IMG/VR virus record: IMGVR_UViG_3300020608_000013
Span: 1 to 64,000 of that record
Reading direction: 5' to 3' (one strand)
Length of the DNA: 64,000 nt
Shown: positions 51,137-60,963 of the stretch, one piece after another
How positions within the stretch are numbered: position 1 is the stretch's first letter
Layout of the letters: every line of letters starts with the position of its first letter
The notes under the pieces: model-generated
The model's input: the letters and a program-made list of their open reading frames with translations, nothing else
What the model was told of the DNA's origin: nothing
The model's database searches: none
Translations under genes and position numbers: made by a program

Positions 51137-52462
51137 CTATTTATCGTCTTTATCAGAGCTACCGCTTTTATCTGATTCGTATTTCTTCAAACTACCGTTA
51201 ACATAATCTAACGCGCCGTAAACTGCGGTTGTACTTAAACCAGCCGCATTACGCGTATAGTTCGCATAGGCTTGCGATGCGTCGTTAACCATATTCTTAA
51301 GCTCTTTAGTTGCTTTAGAATTATCGCCTGATTCTTTAACCAGTTGTTTCAAAAGCTCTTGTGCTTTCTTACTAAAGTTCTTCAAGTCTCTAGAATTACG
51401 CTCGTAACTTTTGATTGCTTTAGTTACGCTTTCTGCTGATGATAAAATACCATTCATATCAGATGTTGATAAAATGTCAAGCGCATCACCTTTAGGCGTA
51501 ATAGCTTCATCTGCTTTAGTATCCACTACAACAATACCTTTAGTACGACGAGACTCTTCCCCAACACTATAAGACATATATACCTTAGTGCCGTTTACTA
51601 ACGTTTCTGTCGCTTGTGTTTTATAAAGTAGATTGTTATCGTCTTTACCAAGTTTACTTTCTTTCATACCTTTAAACTTAGCATTACTGAAGATTTTAGC
51701 GATGGCGATTTCTAAATTAGCCATGTGTCGGTTATTTACACTCTTACTAATTTCATCATCTAACTTCTTAATGACATCGTTAAAAACTTTCTTAAACGCA
51801 TCGGCGTTATCCAACAAGTCTTTATGCTCGCTTAAGACATCTTTAACTGCTTGCGCTGACAGTTTTTTAGATTTAGTACTAAATGCCTTTTCAATCGTTT
51901 TACTCTTGAATTCAGCATCTTTCTTAACCTTTTTCGCTTTCTTTACTTTACCTTTTAAAGAATTAATCGCACCTGTCATGCGACCATTTTGTGTGAAGAC
52001 TTTAGTAAGCGCTTCATTAACCATTTCCCATAGTTTAGCAAGAGCTGCCGCTACCGATTTACTAATACCTTCGTTAGAATCTTCTAATGAAGCGATGGCT
52101 GTCTTAGTCTCTTCTAAACGACTATTAAAGCGACCATAATCTTCTAGACCGATCGTTTCTCGCAAATCCGAGCGATCGATATGATCATAAAGTGTCTCAC
52201 AACAAGCGACCATGAAACGTGCTTCAGTGTCTGTCATTCCACCATCATCTAACGTGAGACGAGCACTAGCAAGAACAGATTCAAGCGCTGTCAATGTAAC
52301 AACATTCTTATCAATATCATCAGCTAACAGTTCGCAATCGTCGAAATCTGACTCTAGACTCCATTGCTCTAAACCTGTATCGTCAAAATCAGCGTCAGGT
52401 ACTACTGGGTTTGTGTATGAATTCTCTAGTGCGAAAGATGCAACATTTAAAAAGTGGCTCAT
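51137..52462 (-). CDS. major inner head protein (phiKZ gp93/gp162/gp163 family)
   Basis: Acidic propeptide with repeated ALE/GLE/SLE motifs, then ALESVLAS...GGMT..EARF and IGLEDYG...SRLEET..AIASLE..NEGI. Confidence 0.82.
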   Translation of the reverse strand: MSHFLNVASFALENSYTNPVVPDADFDDTGLEQWSLESDFDDCELLADDIDKNVVTLTALESVLASARLTLDDGGMTDTEARFMVACCETLYDHIDRSDLRETIGLEDYGRFNSRLEETKTAIASLEDSNEGISKSVAAALAKLWEMVNEALTKVFTQNGRMTGAINSLKGKVKKAKKVKKDAEFKSKTIEKAFSTKSKKLSAQAVKDVLSEHKDLLDNADAFKKVFNDVIKKLDDEISKSVNNRHMANLEIAIAKIFSNAKFKGMKESKLGKDDNNLLYKTQATETLVNGTKVYMSYSVGEESRRTKGIVVVDTKADEAITPKGDALDILSTSDMNGILSSAESVTKAIKSYERNSRDLKNFSKKAQELLKQLVKESGDNSKATKELKNMVNDASQAYANYTRNAAGLSTTAVYGALDYVNGSLKKYESDKSGSSDKDDK

Positions 52463-52505
52463 AGATACCTCTTTAGGGGGTTAGTATAAAAATTAAATCG
52501 AATTG

Positions 52506-52988
52506 TCAATGTATGACTCTCAATACATGGAGTAAATACATCAACGATTGTTCGGAGTCTGTTAATCGCTTTAACATAAATTTAGTTGTGAGTTCAACAG
52601 ACAGTTTAGGCGTGAGCGGTGTTTTGCGGTAACTTGAAAAATCACCTTCTGCACGCATGAGAACGCTTTTTAATAGAAGGGGATTGTGGTCACACGACCC
52701 CACCATAATACGTTTAATAAACTCACTCACAAAGAGATTGTGAGTATTCGTCCAGTGTTGTGAATGGTTTTGTAACATAACCCATTTTGTCAACGATGGT
52801 CCGAAAGTGAAGAGTGCATGATCAACTAATTCATCTAAGTCCTCAAATCGCCACCCGTTAGACACGCTCCTACTCTCCCAAAACCGTTCAAACGCTAACG
52901 CATGTTTTTCACAATTAGCAGAATCATTAGGTGTTACGAAACCACTATCGAGCATGGTAAAAGGCATCACACCCTCCTTTACAAACAT
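52506..52988 (-). CDS. conserved hypothetical protein (gp91/92 position)
   Basis: Motif WTNTHNLFVSEFIKRI, plus gene order. Confidence 0.58.
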   Translation of the reverse strand: MFVKEGVMPFTMLDSGFVTPNDSANCEKHALAFERFWESRSVSNGWRFEDLDELVDHALFTFGPSLTKWVMLQNHSQHWTNTHNLFVSEFIKRIMVGSCDHNPLLLKSVLMRAEGDFSSYRKTPLTPKLSVELTTKFMLKRLTDSEQSLMYLLHVLRVIH

Positions 52989-53955
52989 AAGGTCGCATCG
53001 CTAATATTTCGTTAACACTTACACTATTCGTACTGTATGCGCTTTCAAGACTACTACGATCTAAACCTACCTTTTCTTCTTCTTGTTTTATTTTTTGTTC
53101 GTAACGATCTACATCAGCCTGTAGGTTATCGATAGTTGATGCTAGTTTAGGATTATGCTCACCGTCGTTAATATTCTTTAAATGAAGTAATCTAAACTCC
53201 GCCGACGCTTTACGCGCTTTCATAGCCTCGTACCGTGCGTTATCAGCTACCGCGTTATTCAACCGAATATAGAAGATTAGACTATGAACAAAACCAACGT
53301 ACCGTTCAGGTAAGAAAGGGTCAATGTGTCCTGCTACCATTGTTTTAATGGTCGACTCATTACGTTCATTAATCTTGACTAACGGTATCTCATTCCAACG
53401 TTTCTCAAAGTCATCTAACGGGACACTGTAACCTTTAACCAACATACCAAAAGTTGTGACATGGCGATTCAAATAAGCTACCGTTATTTTTGGTATGTTA
53501 TCAACACCATCACTACCTTCAGCACTCAATAACTTAATCTCTCGATCGTAGATGAAATTGAGTAAATCCATACTGAACTGACTAATGAAAACACAATGCT
53601 CTACAAGACGTATTGTCATGATTTCCTTTACATTGGCTTCTTTCGTTACAAGATCATCCGTTACTAAATCATCAAAGTTACGATCGATGTATTTAACCAC
53701 TTCGCGTATCTTCAACAATTGACGGTATAGGGAAACATGTAAAGGAGCATTCTTTACAGGTATGTAATTAGAGAGTAGTCGTTTAACACGTATTAAATCG
53801 TTTGATTTATAGGTGATTAGATTACTTGACGATAGTGTTTTGTAGGAAGGTAAAACAATCTTGTCAAACTCTGTTACTACTTTCTCGAACTCACCAAAAA
53901 CCTCACCTTTATTTAATACAGGTAGTAAACGCTTGATGTAGTTTACAATACTCAT
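52945..53955 (-). CDS. head protein (phiKZ gp90-like)
   Basis: MSIVNYIKRLLPVLNK, FISQFSMDLLN, and a C-terminal coiled coil RYEAMKARK..EFRLLHLK...NPKL. Confidence 0.72.
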   Translation of the reverse strand: MSIVNYIKRLLPVLNKGEVFGEFEKVVTEFDKIVLPSYKTLSSSNLITYKSNDLIRVKRLLSNYIPVKNAPLHVSLYRQLLKIREVVKYIDRNFDDLVTDDLVTKEANVKEIMTIRLVEHCVFISQFSMDLLNFIYDREIKLLSAEGSDGVDNIPKITVAYLNRHVTTFGMLVKGYSVPLDDFEKRWNEIPLVKINERNESTIKTMVAGHIDPFLPERYVGFVHSLIFYIRLNNAVADNARYEAMKARKASAEFRLLHLKNINDGEHNPKLASTIDNLQADVDRYEQKIKQEEEKVGLDRSSLESAYSTNSVSVNEILAMRPYVCKGGCDAFYHAR

Positions 53956-53970
53956 CTTTTCTCCTTTCGA

Positions 53971-55059
53971 TTATATTAACGATCCACCAATATTCTTCTG
54001 TTCGAGAAGATCAAGAATATTTGGATTCTTTTTTGTTTTCTTCAACTCTTTCCATGTTACTGTCGCACCAACATCATCACCTTTCAAGTACACAGTAATG
54101 TTCTCCCAATCACGATCGACAATAATAATCATCATCGCATAAGAATCTTGAAACACGCGATCGCGTATACTCTGTACGGTTAGTGGACCACCTAATTCAA
54201 TTTCAGCGTTCTTAGCTGTAGTCTCATCGATAATATAAACATTCGAGTGAGTGTTCAACGAAATGTTTTGAGAGATCGCACCTGCTTTCTTATTGGTCGT
54301 CGCACGCTTAACGATTTTTCGATAAATACCTTTATCATCAAGCATCATCAACCGCTTTTCTTTCTCAATACTATCTTGCCAGAAAATAAAATCTTTAATC
54401 CAACGACGTTCACCATTCCATGACTTACGGAAAAGTTCTGAAAAACTAGGGCGATGCGTCTGCTTCGATAGAATAGCTGTGGAGAGTTCGTCTTCTATAA
54501 TATTCACATAGAGACGTGCGTTGACTGTTACTGTGGCGGTCTCTTTACCTGCACCAATAGTGATCTCCATACGTTTTCCGACAGATGCGCTCGCTTCCTT
54601 TGGTGTTACGTCTTTAATCGAATAATTCTCAACATCTTCAAGTGAGGGAAGTTGGTGGTGATAATTTTCTCGATTGTTAAAAACATGGTCTGCTTTAGAC
54701 TCTAAAGATAAGAAAGCATCGCTTAGCTTACGGTTAGGGTTGAACTTATCAAGTAATTTAATAACCCGCATGCCATTCACTCTAGCGCCATAAAGTGATA
54801 CTGCTTGACAATAACGTTCTGCAAAAACAGTTAGTGCGAAAGAAGTGATGTCGGGTAGGTTGTCTAGTACCGAACACGTTTTACTAACAATACAGATTGG
54901 ACTTAAGGTAGCCACACCTAGCGCATCTGTTAAAGAACTACCGTGTATTGCTTTATCTGCGCTAATTAAGCCAGTAGCGATGGTTTTTAAATTGTTTAGA
55001 AGTCCCGTAACTTCACCACTCTCTAATGAAAATGTTGTATATGTTTGATCTTTAACCAT
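53971..55059 (-). CDS. head protein (phiKZ gp89-like)
   Basis: SSLTDA....LSPICIVS, YCQAVSL, SLE motifs, ASVGKRMEITI, WIKDFIFWQD and MMIIIVDRDWENITVY. Confidence 0.78.
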   Translation of the reverse strand: MVKDQTYTTFSLESGEVTGLLNNLKTIATGLISADKAIHGSSLTDALGVATLSPICIVSKTCSVLDNLPDITSFALTVFAERYCQAVSLYGARVNGMRVIKLLDKFNPNRKLSDAFLSLESKADHVFNNRENYHHQLPSLEDVENYSIKDVTPKEASASVGKRMEITIGAGKETATVTVNARLYVNIIEDELSTAILSKQTHRPSFSELFRKSWNGERRWIKDFIFWQDSIEKEKRLMMLDDKGIYRKIVKRATTNKKAGAISQNISLNTHSNVYIIDETTAKNAEIELGGPLTVQSIRDRVFQDSYAMMIIIVDRDWENITVYLKGDDVGATVTWKELKKTKKNPNILDLLEQKNIGGSLI

Positions 55060-55084
55060 ATTTATTTATACCGAGGATTATTTA

Positions 55085-56176
55085 ATGTCTAGTTTAGCTG
55101 GCCATATTGATGACTTCTTTAAATCGAAACCAATAGGGTCTATTAAGAGTGCCTTCACAAATACTTTGTACGGCATCAACCACCGCCAAGTGAGACCTGC
55201 TTTACTACAGAATAGAGATTTACAAGGCCTATTCTTTATTGTTCGACCTCAACTCAATTTTCAATCGGACAACCTTCGCAATATGCGTAAGTTATACCCT
55301 TTGTTAAACGATAACTCATTATCACTACAACGTTATATAAGGTGTATGCTCGATCCGCGTCAAATGCTAGGGTATGATAAAGTCCCACCAATAGATTGCC
55401 CTTTAGTCGATAACGAACTAGCCTTCATACCCCCTTTCACTAACCTAATAAAAAGTTGCTCTGGTTGGTTGGATAGTGTGACTGAACTTTTTATTTCAAA
55501 ACCAGGTCTCTATAAGGAATCCTATATGCAAGTAGATTCCATTATAGATCAATACAATACGTACGACTTAGACTTCACTTTTAGAAATATACGTAGCGAC
55601 CCCATCATTTCATTAATCAATTATTGGCGGTATTATCAAAGCTATGTCTTCCAAGGGAAATTACTACCTTACCCAGATTTCTGGATAGAGAACGAGTTAG
55701 ATTATATGACTAGAGCATACCGACTTGTACTGAAAGAAGACCGCTACCATTTAAGTAAAATTGCTGCAACAGGTGTGTCTATCCCCATTAGTTCACCTAA
55801 TGGTATGTTCTTCGATTTTGACGACAGTGTACCTTATTCAGAACAAACGAAAGAATTCACCATACGATTTAAAAACCTTGGAATGCAAATTCATGATGAC
55901 ATACTTATCAAAGAATTTAATAATAGTGTACAAATTTTTAATCGAGCAATGTTAGATGAACATCGTGAAGAACGTATGGTAGAGATACCTATTGCGTGGT
56001 TACAATACTTCAACCATCGAGGTTATCCACGTATCGATCCTGATAAATATACCCTAGAATGGTGGATTAAGAAAGATGTATTCCATCGTCGTGTTGACGC
56101 TTACCTGAGTAACAAATACATATTCAATGATCGTCATAAAGATACCTTAAGAGAAATTGCTAGAGGAGTCAACTAA
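55085..56176 (+). CDS. baseplate/tube-like structural protein (phiKZ gp88-like)
   Basis: TLYGINHRQ, GLFFIVRPQLNFQSDNL, RCMLDPR, FRNIRSDPI and ELDYMTRAYRLVL. Divergent from gp89. Confidence 0.78.
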   Translation: MSSLAGHIDDFFKSKPIGSIKSAFTNTLYGINHRQVRPALLQNRDLQGLFFIVRPQLNFQSDNLRNMRKLYPLLNDNSLSLQRYIRCMLDPRQMLGYDKVPPIDCPLVDNELAFIPPFTNLIKSCSGWLDSVTELFISKPGLYKESYMQVDSIIDQYNTYDLDFTFRNIRSDPIISLINYWRYYQSYVFQGKLLPYPDFWIENELDYMTRAYRLVLKEDRYHLSKIAATGVSIPISSPNGMFFDFDDSVPYSEQTKEFTIRFKNLGMQIHDDILIKEFNNSVQIFNRAMLDEHREERMVEIPIAWLQYFNHRGYPRIDPDKYTLEWWIKKDVFHRRVDAYLSNKYIFNDRHKDTLREIARGVN

Positions 56177-59133
56177 TGTTCAACCTATTACCGAGCGATA
56201 ATACCAACCACAACGAGTTTTCTGATGCGTTCAGTGAAGAGAGCGCTAAGGAACTCTATGAGAAACTTTTGCGCTACCGTGGTAATTCTGGTCATTTACA
56301 AATCGAATTACTGCAAAACATATACGCCTTATCTAAAGGACAATACGCTATCGCGAACCCAACAAACGCAGTCATGTTTTTACTAGGCGCAATGACAATG
56401 ACTGCTAGTGCTAGTGTACATGAAACACGGTTAGCGACTTATAAAATGTATCCCTCATTAGCTGCTGATGAGAATGATTTATATACGCACATGTGTGATG
56501 TCGATTACATCCAACGTTTCTCACAACCAGCTACCGCAGATTTCACTTTTATTATACAATACAATAGTCTCATTACTACTATGGTCTACGAGGAAAGTAG
56601 TGATTGTATGCGGGCGACAATCCCTCGCGACACTAAAATTACTATTGATCATACTGCATACACGTTAGCTCAACCTATTGATATACGACACTACGCGAAC
56701 AACATTATTAAAGTAAGTTACGATAACACCTACCCATCAGAAATTAGTGAATTGTCGACCAACATACTCACGAGCCAGTTGATCGAGGACGCTAATGAAG
56801 AGAAGTATGTTTTATTTCATCTACCACTATTACAGTACGAGATTATAAGTACAACAGCGACCATTAGCTTCACGGATAATTTCAAACGAACAATCGAATA
56901 CACCAACCAATACTATTTCGGTAAAGTATACCATCAAGACCCAACAACTCGAGAATGGCTACCGATTAAAGTTATCCATACTGATGAGATATATGACCTG
57001 CGTACACCTACAGCTGTGTTTAAAGTGTTTGAGGGTTATGTTGAAGTACATATACCCTTACCCTATCTAATGAATAAGAAAATCCACTCGAATATTCGGA
57101 TTGATATTTACACAACACAAGGTAATATAAAGCGGAGTTACGCGGATCGATTACAAGATGATTTCACTTGTGAGTTAAAACCTATTGATGTGTTAAGGGA
57201 TACTACTCCTTACACGAACGCTTTCGCACAATGTTCCTATCGTGTGTTCAGTAGCGATCGAACAAAAGGTGGTAGAAACCGTCTTAGTTTTGAAGCATTA
57301 CGGGAAAAGGTTATTAACAACACTATTGGGCCAATCGATACGCCAATACACCCTTTACACTATCAAGAACGGGTTGGTCGGTTAGGCTACGACCTACTTA
57401 AAGAGGTTGATAATATTACAGATCGGTTTTACGTCGCTACCTCGCTTGTCGAGGACTCAGGGCATGAGAATATCCTAACACCTGTCAATGTCGCGCTACT
57501 AACGATAACCCTCGATTCAATGATAACGAGTGAGTTGAGTAACTTTGTCATACACGCATCAAGAATCACTATATTACCTGAACAAATCTACCAATCAAAA
57601 AACTACATCACAACACCGATAAGTGATAAAAAGGCGCTTGAGTTCGATACTTTACGTGCGCCTGAAAAAATCAAGATGATTAATGCGGGAGATTACTATG
57701 TAACGCCCTTCCATTTCGTCATCGATTATACAAACCAAATATTAAGCTTACATCCCTATTATCTAAAAGAGCCTAGCGTCGACAAAATTAACTTCAAAGA
57801 CCAGAACCATACAACATCTTTAACGGTCAACACACAGTATGCGGAAATTGTAAAACATAAACATCAATATGTTCTTAAAATCTACACCATGTCGGGTGAT
57901 CTATACAAAGGGTTGTCTAATAACGATCTTAGTATTTTAATCCGCTTTAACAAGACTGATGATGTGCTTGCCTACACCTACCTCCATGTGCAAGACATCG
58001 AGACACTACCTACGGAAGAAAAATGTTTTACCTTCACACTTGATACTGATCATGATATAAACGACACACACAATATTAGGATACTTAATACACAAACCGC
58101 GCCTGATGTAGCGAAAGAAAAGTATGTACCTTTAACCATTGATGTTGATTTATACTACTTAGTTAAGTCTACGCCTGTGAACTACTTGCGTACAATAATG
58201 GATGCGGAGATCGAACCTTTTATTTCGCGTAACGTTGTAACCAAAGAAACGTTGACGATTAAACTTGGTGATTACTATGAATACTATTACCGCAACATTC
58301 GTGAGATCAATCCTCAAGGACATATAAGACGCTACCCTGACGATGTATACTGGGTTAGGCAACAAAACCAGTATGAGAAAGATGATAGTGGTAATATCTT
58401 TAATATAGATAGAGAGAACTGTGAATTAGACTTCAAGTTAATTGGTCGTGCAGGTACAGTGGTACGCGATGAAGATGGTGTGCCGATCATACGACATCGT
58501 AAAGGCGACCCTATGCTTGACAGCGATGGGAACCCTATAAAAGACCCTTCTGTCGTTAATGATTACTATCTAACGTTCAATTTATACGACGCGAGTTTCC
58601 GATATGCTAACACACCGTATCATTATAACTACATCGATAACCATTTGAATAGTCTACGCAAAACTGTTTTAACCGACCTGCCTGAAATTAATAATTTCAA
58701 TTTAGAAAAGACTACTACTCACTATCGCTCAAAACAAACTAAAGGAATGTTGTACGGGAGTAACACAGCTAGTGAACGAGGTGCTTACACTATTGAACGA
58801 GAATACCATCTCATTTTTTATGTGGTTAGTGCAGTTTATGAAGATAGTAAACTAAAAACAACTATTCAGAATAATGCGATAGGTGTTATTAACGACCTTT
58901 TTAAAGCGAGTATACATGCTAAAAACGAACTGGAGCAACACATCGCAACCTACATGAAAACAAGTGTTGTAAAATGTGTCGTCGAACCCCTAAACATGGA
59001 TTTAGAGAACTTAATGAGTTATGATAGAAATGACTACACTATTTCATTAAAGAAACGATTACGGACTGACGATAATCGCTCAATTTACAGTGAAGAGTGT
59101 GTTGATTTTACTTTTGTTAAGTACGTTGAATAG
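56176..59133 (+). CDS. baseplate wedge protein (phiKZ gp87-like, T4 gp6-like)
   Basis: MYPSLA...DLYTHMCDVDYIQRFSQPA, GGRNRLSFEALREKVINN, DNITDRFYVA and YYVTPFHFV. Confidence 0.8.
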   Translation: MFNLLPSDNTNHNEFSDAFSEESAKELYEKLLRYRGNSGHLQIELLQNIYALSKGQYAIANPTNAVMFLLGAMTMTASASVHETRLATYKMYPSLAADENDLYTHMCDVDYIQRFSQPATADFTFIIQYNSLITTMVYEESSDCMRATIPRDTKITIDHTAYTLAQPIDIRHYANNIIKVSYDNTYPSEISELSTNILTSQLIEDANEEKYVLFHLPLLQYEIISTTATISFTDNFKRTIEYTNQYYFGKVYHQDPTTREWLPIKVIHTDEIYDLRTPTAVFKVFEGYVEVHIPLPYLMNKKIHSNIRIDIYTTQGNIKRSYADRLQDDFTCELKPIDVLRDTTPYTNAFAQCSYRVFSSDRTKGGRNRLSFEALREKVINNTIGPIDTPIHPLHYQERVGRLGYDLLKEVDNITDRFYVATSLVEDSGHENILTPVNVALLTITLDSMITSELSNFVIHASRITILPEQIYQSKNYITTPISDKKALEFDTLRAPEKIKMINAGDYYVTPFHFVIDYTNQILSLHPYYLKEPSVDKINFKDQNHTTSLTVNTQYAEIVKHKHQYVLKIYTMSGDLYKGLSNNDLSILIRFNKTDDVLAYTYLHVQDIETLPTEEKCFTFTLDTDHDINDTHNIRILNTQTAPDVAKEKYVPLTIDVDLYYLVKSTPVNYLRTIMDAEIEPFISRNVVTKETLTIKLGDYYEYYYRNIREINPQGHIRRYPDDVYWVRQQNQYEKDDSGNIFNIDRENCELDFKLIGRAGTVVRDEDGVPIIRHRKGDPMLDSDGNPIKDPSVVNDYYLTFNLYDASFRYANTPYHYNYIDNHLNSLRKTVLTDLPEINNFNLEKTTTHYRSKQTKGMLYGSNTASERGAYTIEREYHLIFYVVSAVYEDSKLKTTIQNNAIGVINDLFKASIHAKNELEQHIATYMKTSVVKCVVEPLNMDLENLMSYDRNDYTISLKKRLRTDDNRSIYSEECVDFTFVKYVE

Positions 59134-59150
59134 AAAAAAAAACAAACTAA

Positions 59151-59190
59151 TTAAGAGTAACTACAGCCAGAAGACTGTAGTTACTCTTAA
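59151..59190. terminator. bidirectional terminator between convergent wedge and tube genes
   Basis: TTAAGAGTAACTACAG-ccagaaga-CTGTAGTTACTCTTAA, a 16-bp stem, with an A-run at 59134-59142. Confidence 0.82.
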
Positions 59191-59192
59191 GG

Positions 59193-60098
59193 TTAAGTTG
59201 TAGGCGTAGCACTTTCTGCGGCAGGAGCTTGCGTTTGAATAATATCTTCACGCGCATTATCCACTGTCTCTTTATAACCCTTAACGGCTTGTTCAAGATC
59301 AGGGTGGATTTTCTCAATGAACTGTTTGCGACGGTATGCGTTAGCGTTAATCGTGTTCAGTGTGTCAAGAATGTTCTGCGCCATCACATTAGACCCGATT
59401 GTGAACTGGGTCAATCCTGTGAATGGGATTTCTAACTTAACAACTTCACGAGCTTCGGCTTTATTACGCTTACCTTCGATAGGTCCTGTAGTAGTAGGGA
59501 ACATGTTTGTGACAATCCAACTCCATTGCACTTTCTTATGCATAGCGTCAGTTGCCATATACAACATGGTTGCTGTGTACTGATCTGCTAATAAATCAGC
59601 AGGTCTGTTTTCGTCAGGCATTGTCCCAACACTAGCAAACTTTGAGTCGGGATGCATACGACCCATAGTGATCCAATGATAGAAGAATTGTCTGAACGGA
59701 CTACCATTTTTCTCTACAAGTGAGTGAACGATCTCAGATTTAGTCTCAACAACATCAATAATCTCTTGCTGTACTTTAGACCCGCCAACAATGTTAGTGT
59801 CATCATCTGTCTCTACTTCAAGCCCACCCTGTAAACCATCAATTTCAATACTATGTGTTGTCATGATAGCATTAAGGGTACCTAACCACGCTTGTGCGTT
59901 AGGTTGTCTAGTCATGAACAACGGAGGTTCTAAAAGAAATGGGACAATATTGGTTGTAACTTGCGCTTGGTTATTAACCCATTCGTGCAGGTCAACATTC
60001 CACCCTTGCTGCCCCCCGAATTGCGGGTTAAGCGTAGGGTGGAGTTGACCTTCATTGAAAGCCTCGCCACCCATAAGCGCGTCGGTAATTCTTGCCAT
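59193..60098 (-). CDS. tail tube protein (phiKZ gp30-like)
   Basis: MARITDAL, GGQQGW..DLHEWVNNQA, LLEPP, IDGLQGGLEVE, EKNGSPF..FFYHWI, DLLADQYTATMLY and WIVTNMFP..TG match the phiKZ tube family. Confidence 0.85.
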   Translation of the reverse strand: MARITDALMGGEAFNEGQLHPTLNPQFGGQQGWNVDLHEWVNNQAQVTTNIVPFLLEPPLFMTRQPNAQAWLGTLNAIMTTHSIEIDGLQGGLEVETDDDTNIVGGSKVQQEIIDVVETKSEIVHSLVEKNGSPFRQFFYHWITMGRMHPDSKFASVGTMPDENRPADLLADQYTATMLYMATDAMHKKVQWSWIVTNMFPTTTGPIEGKRNKAEAREVVKLEIPFTGLTQFTIGSNVMAQNILDTLNTINANAYRRKQFIEKIHPDLEQAVKGYKETVDNAREDIIQTQAPAAESATPTT

Positions 60099-60163
60099 GT
60101 AATTTTCCTCTTATAAACATGCATTCAATTTATAAATCAGGTTTATACATGGCTAAGGGCTAC

Positions 60164-60502
60164 CTACGTGACACGATTGTAAACGTTGAGATTATTAACA
60201 TTACCATTCCTATCAATATTGAAACGAAGTGTACTCTTATGTTGTTCACTCTCAAGTAGAATGGTTGTAGGGTTTGGCGATGTTACGATAGTCCACGGTT
60301 TACTAACAGGACAGCTATCAATAGAAGCAGATTCTTTTTTAAACGCTTTGACCCAATCGAAAAAAGGTTTGGATACAATCGTAGTTTGACCTAATTTTAC
60401 TTCTGTAAGTAAACTGTCATCATCCACAACTGAATAAAAAATATCCCCATGTATTACAGCAGGTAGCTCGCGCCCATTAACAGAAGAATATAGTATAGGC
60501 AT
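60164..60502 (-). CDS. small hypothetical protein (paralog of 60546..60950)
   Basis: GAGAGG SD. Shares modules with the neighbouring ORF. Confidence 0.65.
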   Translation of the reverse strand: MPILYSSVNGRELPAVIHGDIFYSVVDDDSLLTEVKLGQTTIVSKPFFDWVKAFKKESASIDSCPVSKPWTIVTSPNPTTILLESEQHKSTLRFNIDRNGNVNNLNVYNRVT

Positions 60503-60545
60503 GTGTTTACTGACCTCTCATTACTGACGATTAATGGTTACGGTT

Positions 60546-60950
60546 TTACTCTTCCCATGATGTTAAAAAAGGACATACTTCAATACTACCAGGTTCACTA
60601 ATAGGTTTGTCATGGATCACCGATTTAAAACGACTAAGATAATTTACTATGGCTACACTATCGTGTTCTATAAAGGTTAGTGTGGGACTGTTTTCTACTA
60701 CGGCATCACTGACCTTAGTATTAACCAGGTCTCCATTATCATTAAAGTCTAAACGGTAGTCTTTACCTCGTACCTTATCTTTAAGCGTGAATGAAGATGG
60801 TCCGTGTACAACCAACCCAAGTTCCCACCGATAGTTCATTGACACATCATCAGGTGAAGTGGGAGAGCCATTACTAAAATCCATCTTACCCAACGTTTCA
60901 TCAACGATTTCACGAAAACGATCATCGCTGTTAATTTCTTTCACTGACAT
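60546..60950 (-). CDS. small hypothetical protein
   Basis: ATG 60950 has a GAGGT SD. The longer track start overlaps the helicase gene. Confidence 0.65.
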   Translation of the reverse strand: MSVKEINSDDRFREIVDETLGKMDFSNGSPTSPDDVSMNYRWELGLVVHGPSSFTLKDKVRGKDYRLDFNDNGDLVNTKVSDAVVENSPTLTFIEHDSVAIVNYLSRFKSVIHDKPISEPGSIEVCPFLTSWEE

Positions 60951-60963
60951 AAGTTTTATAACC

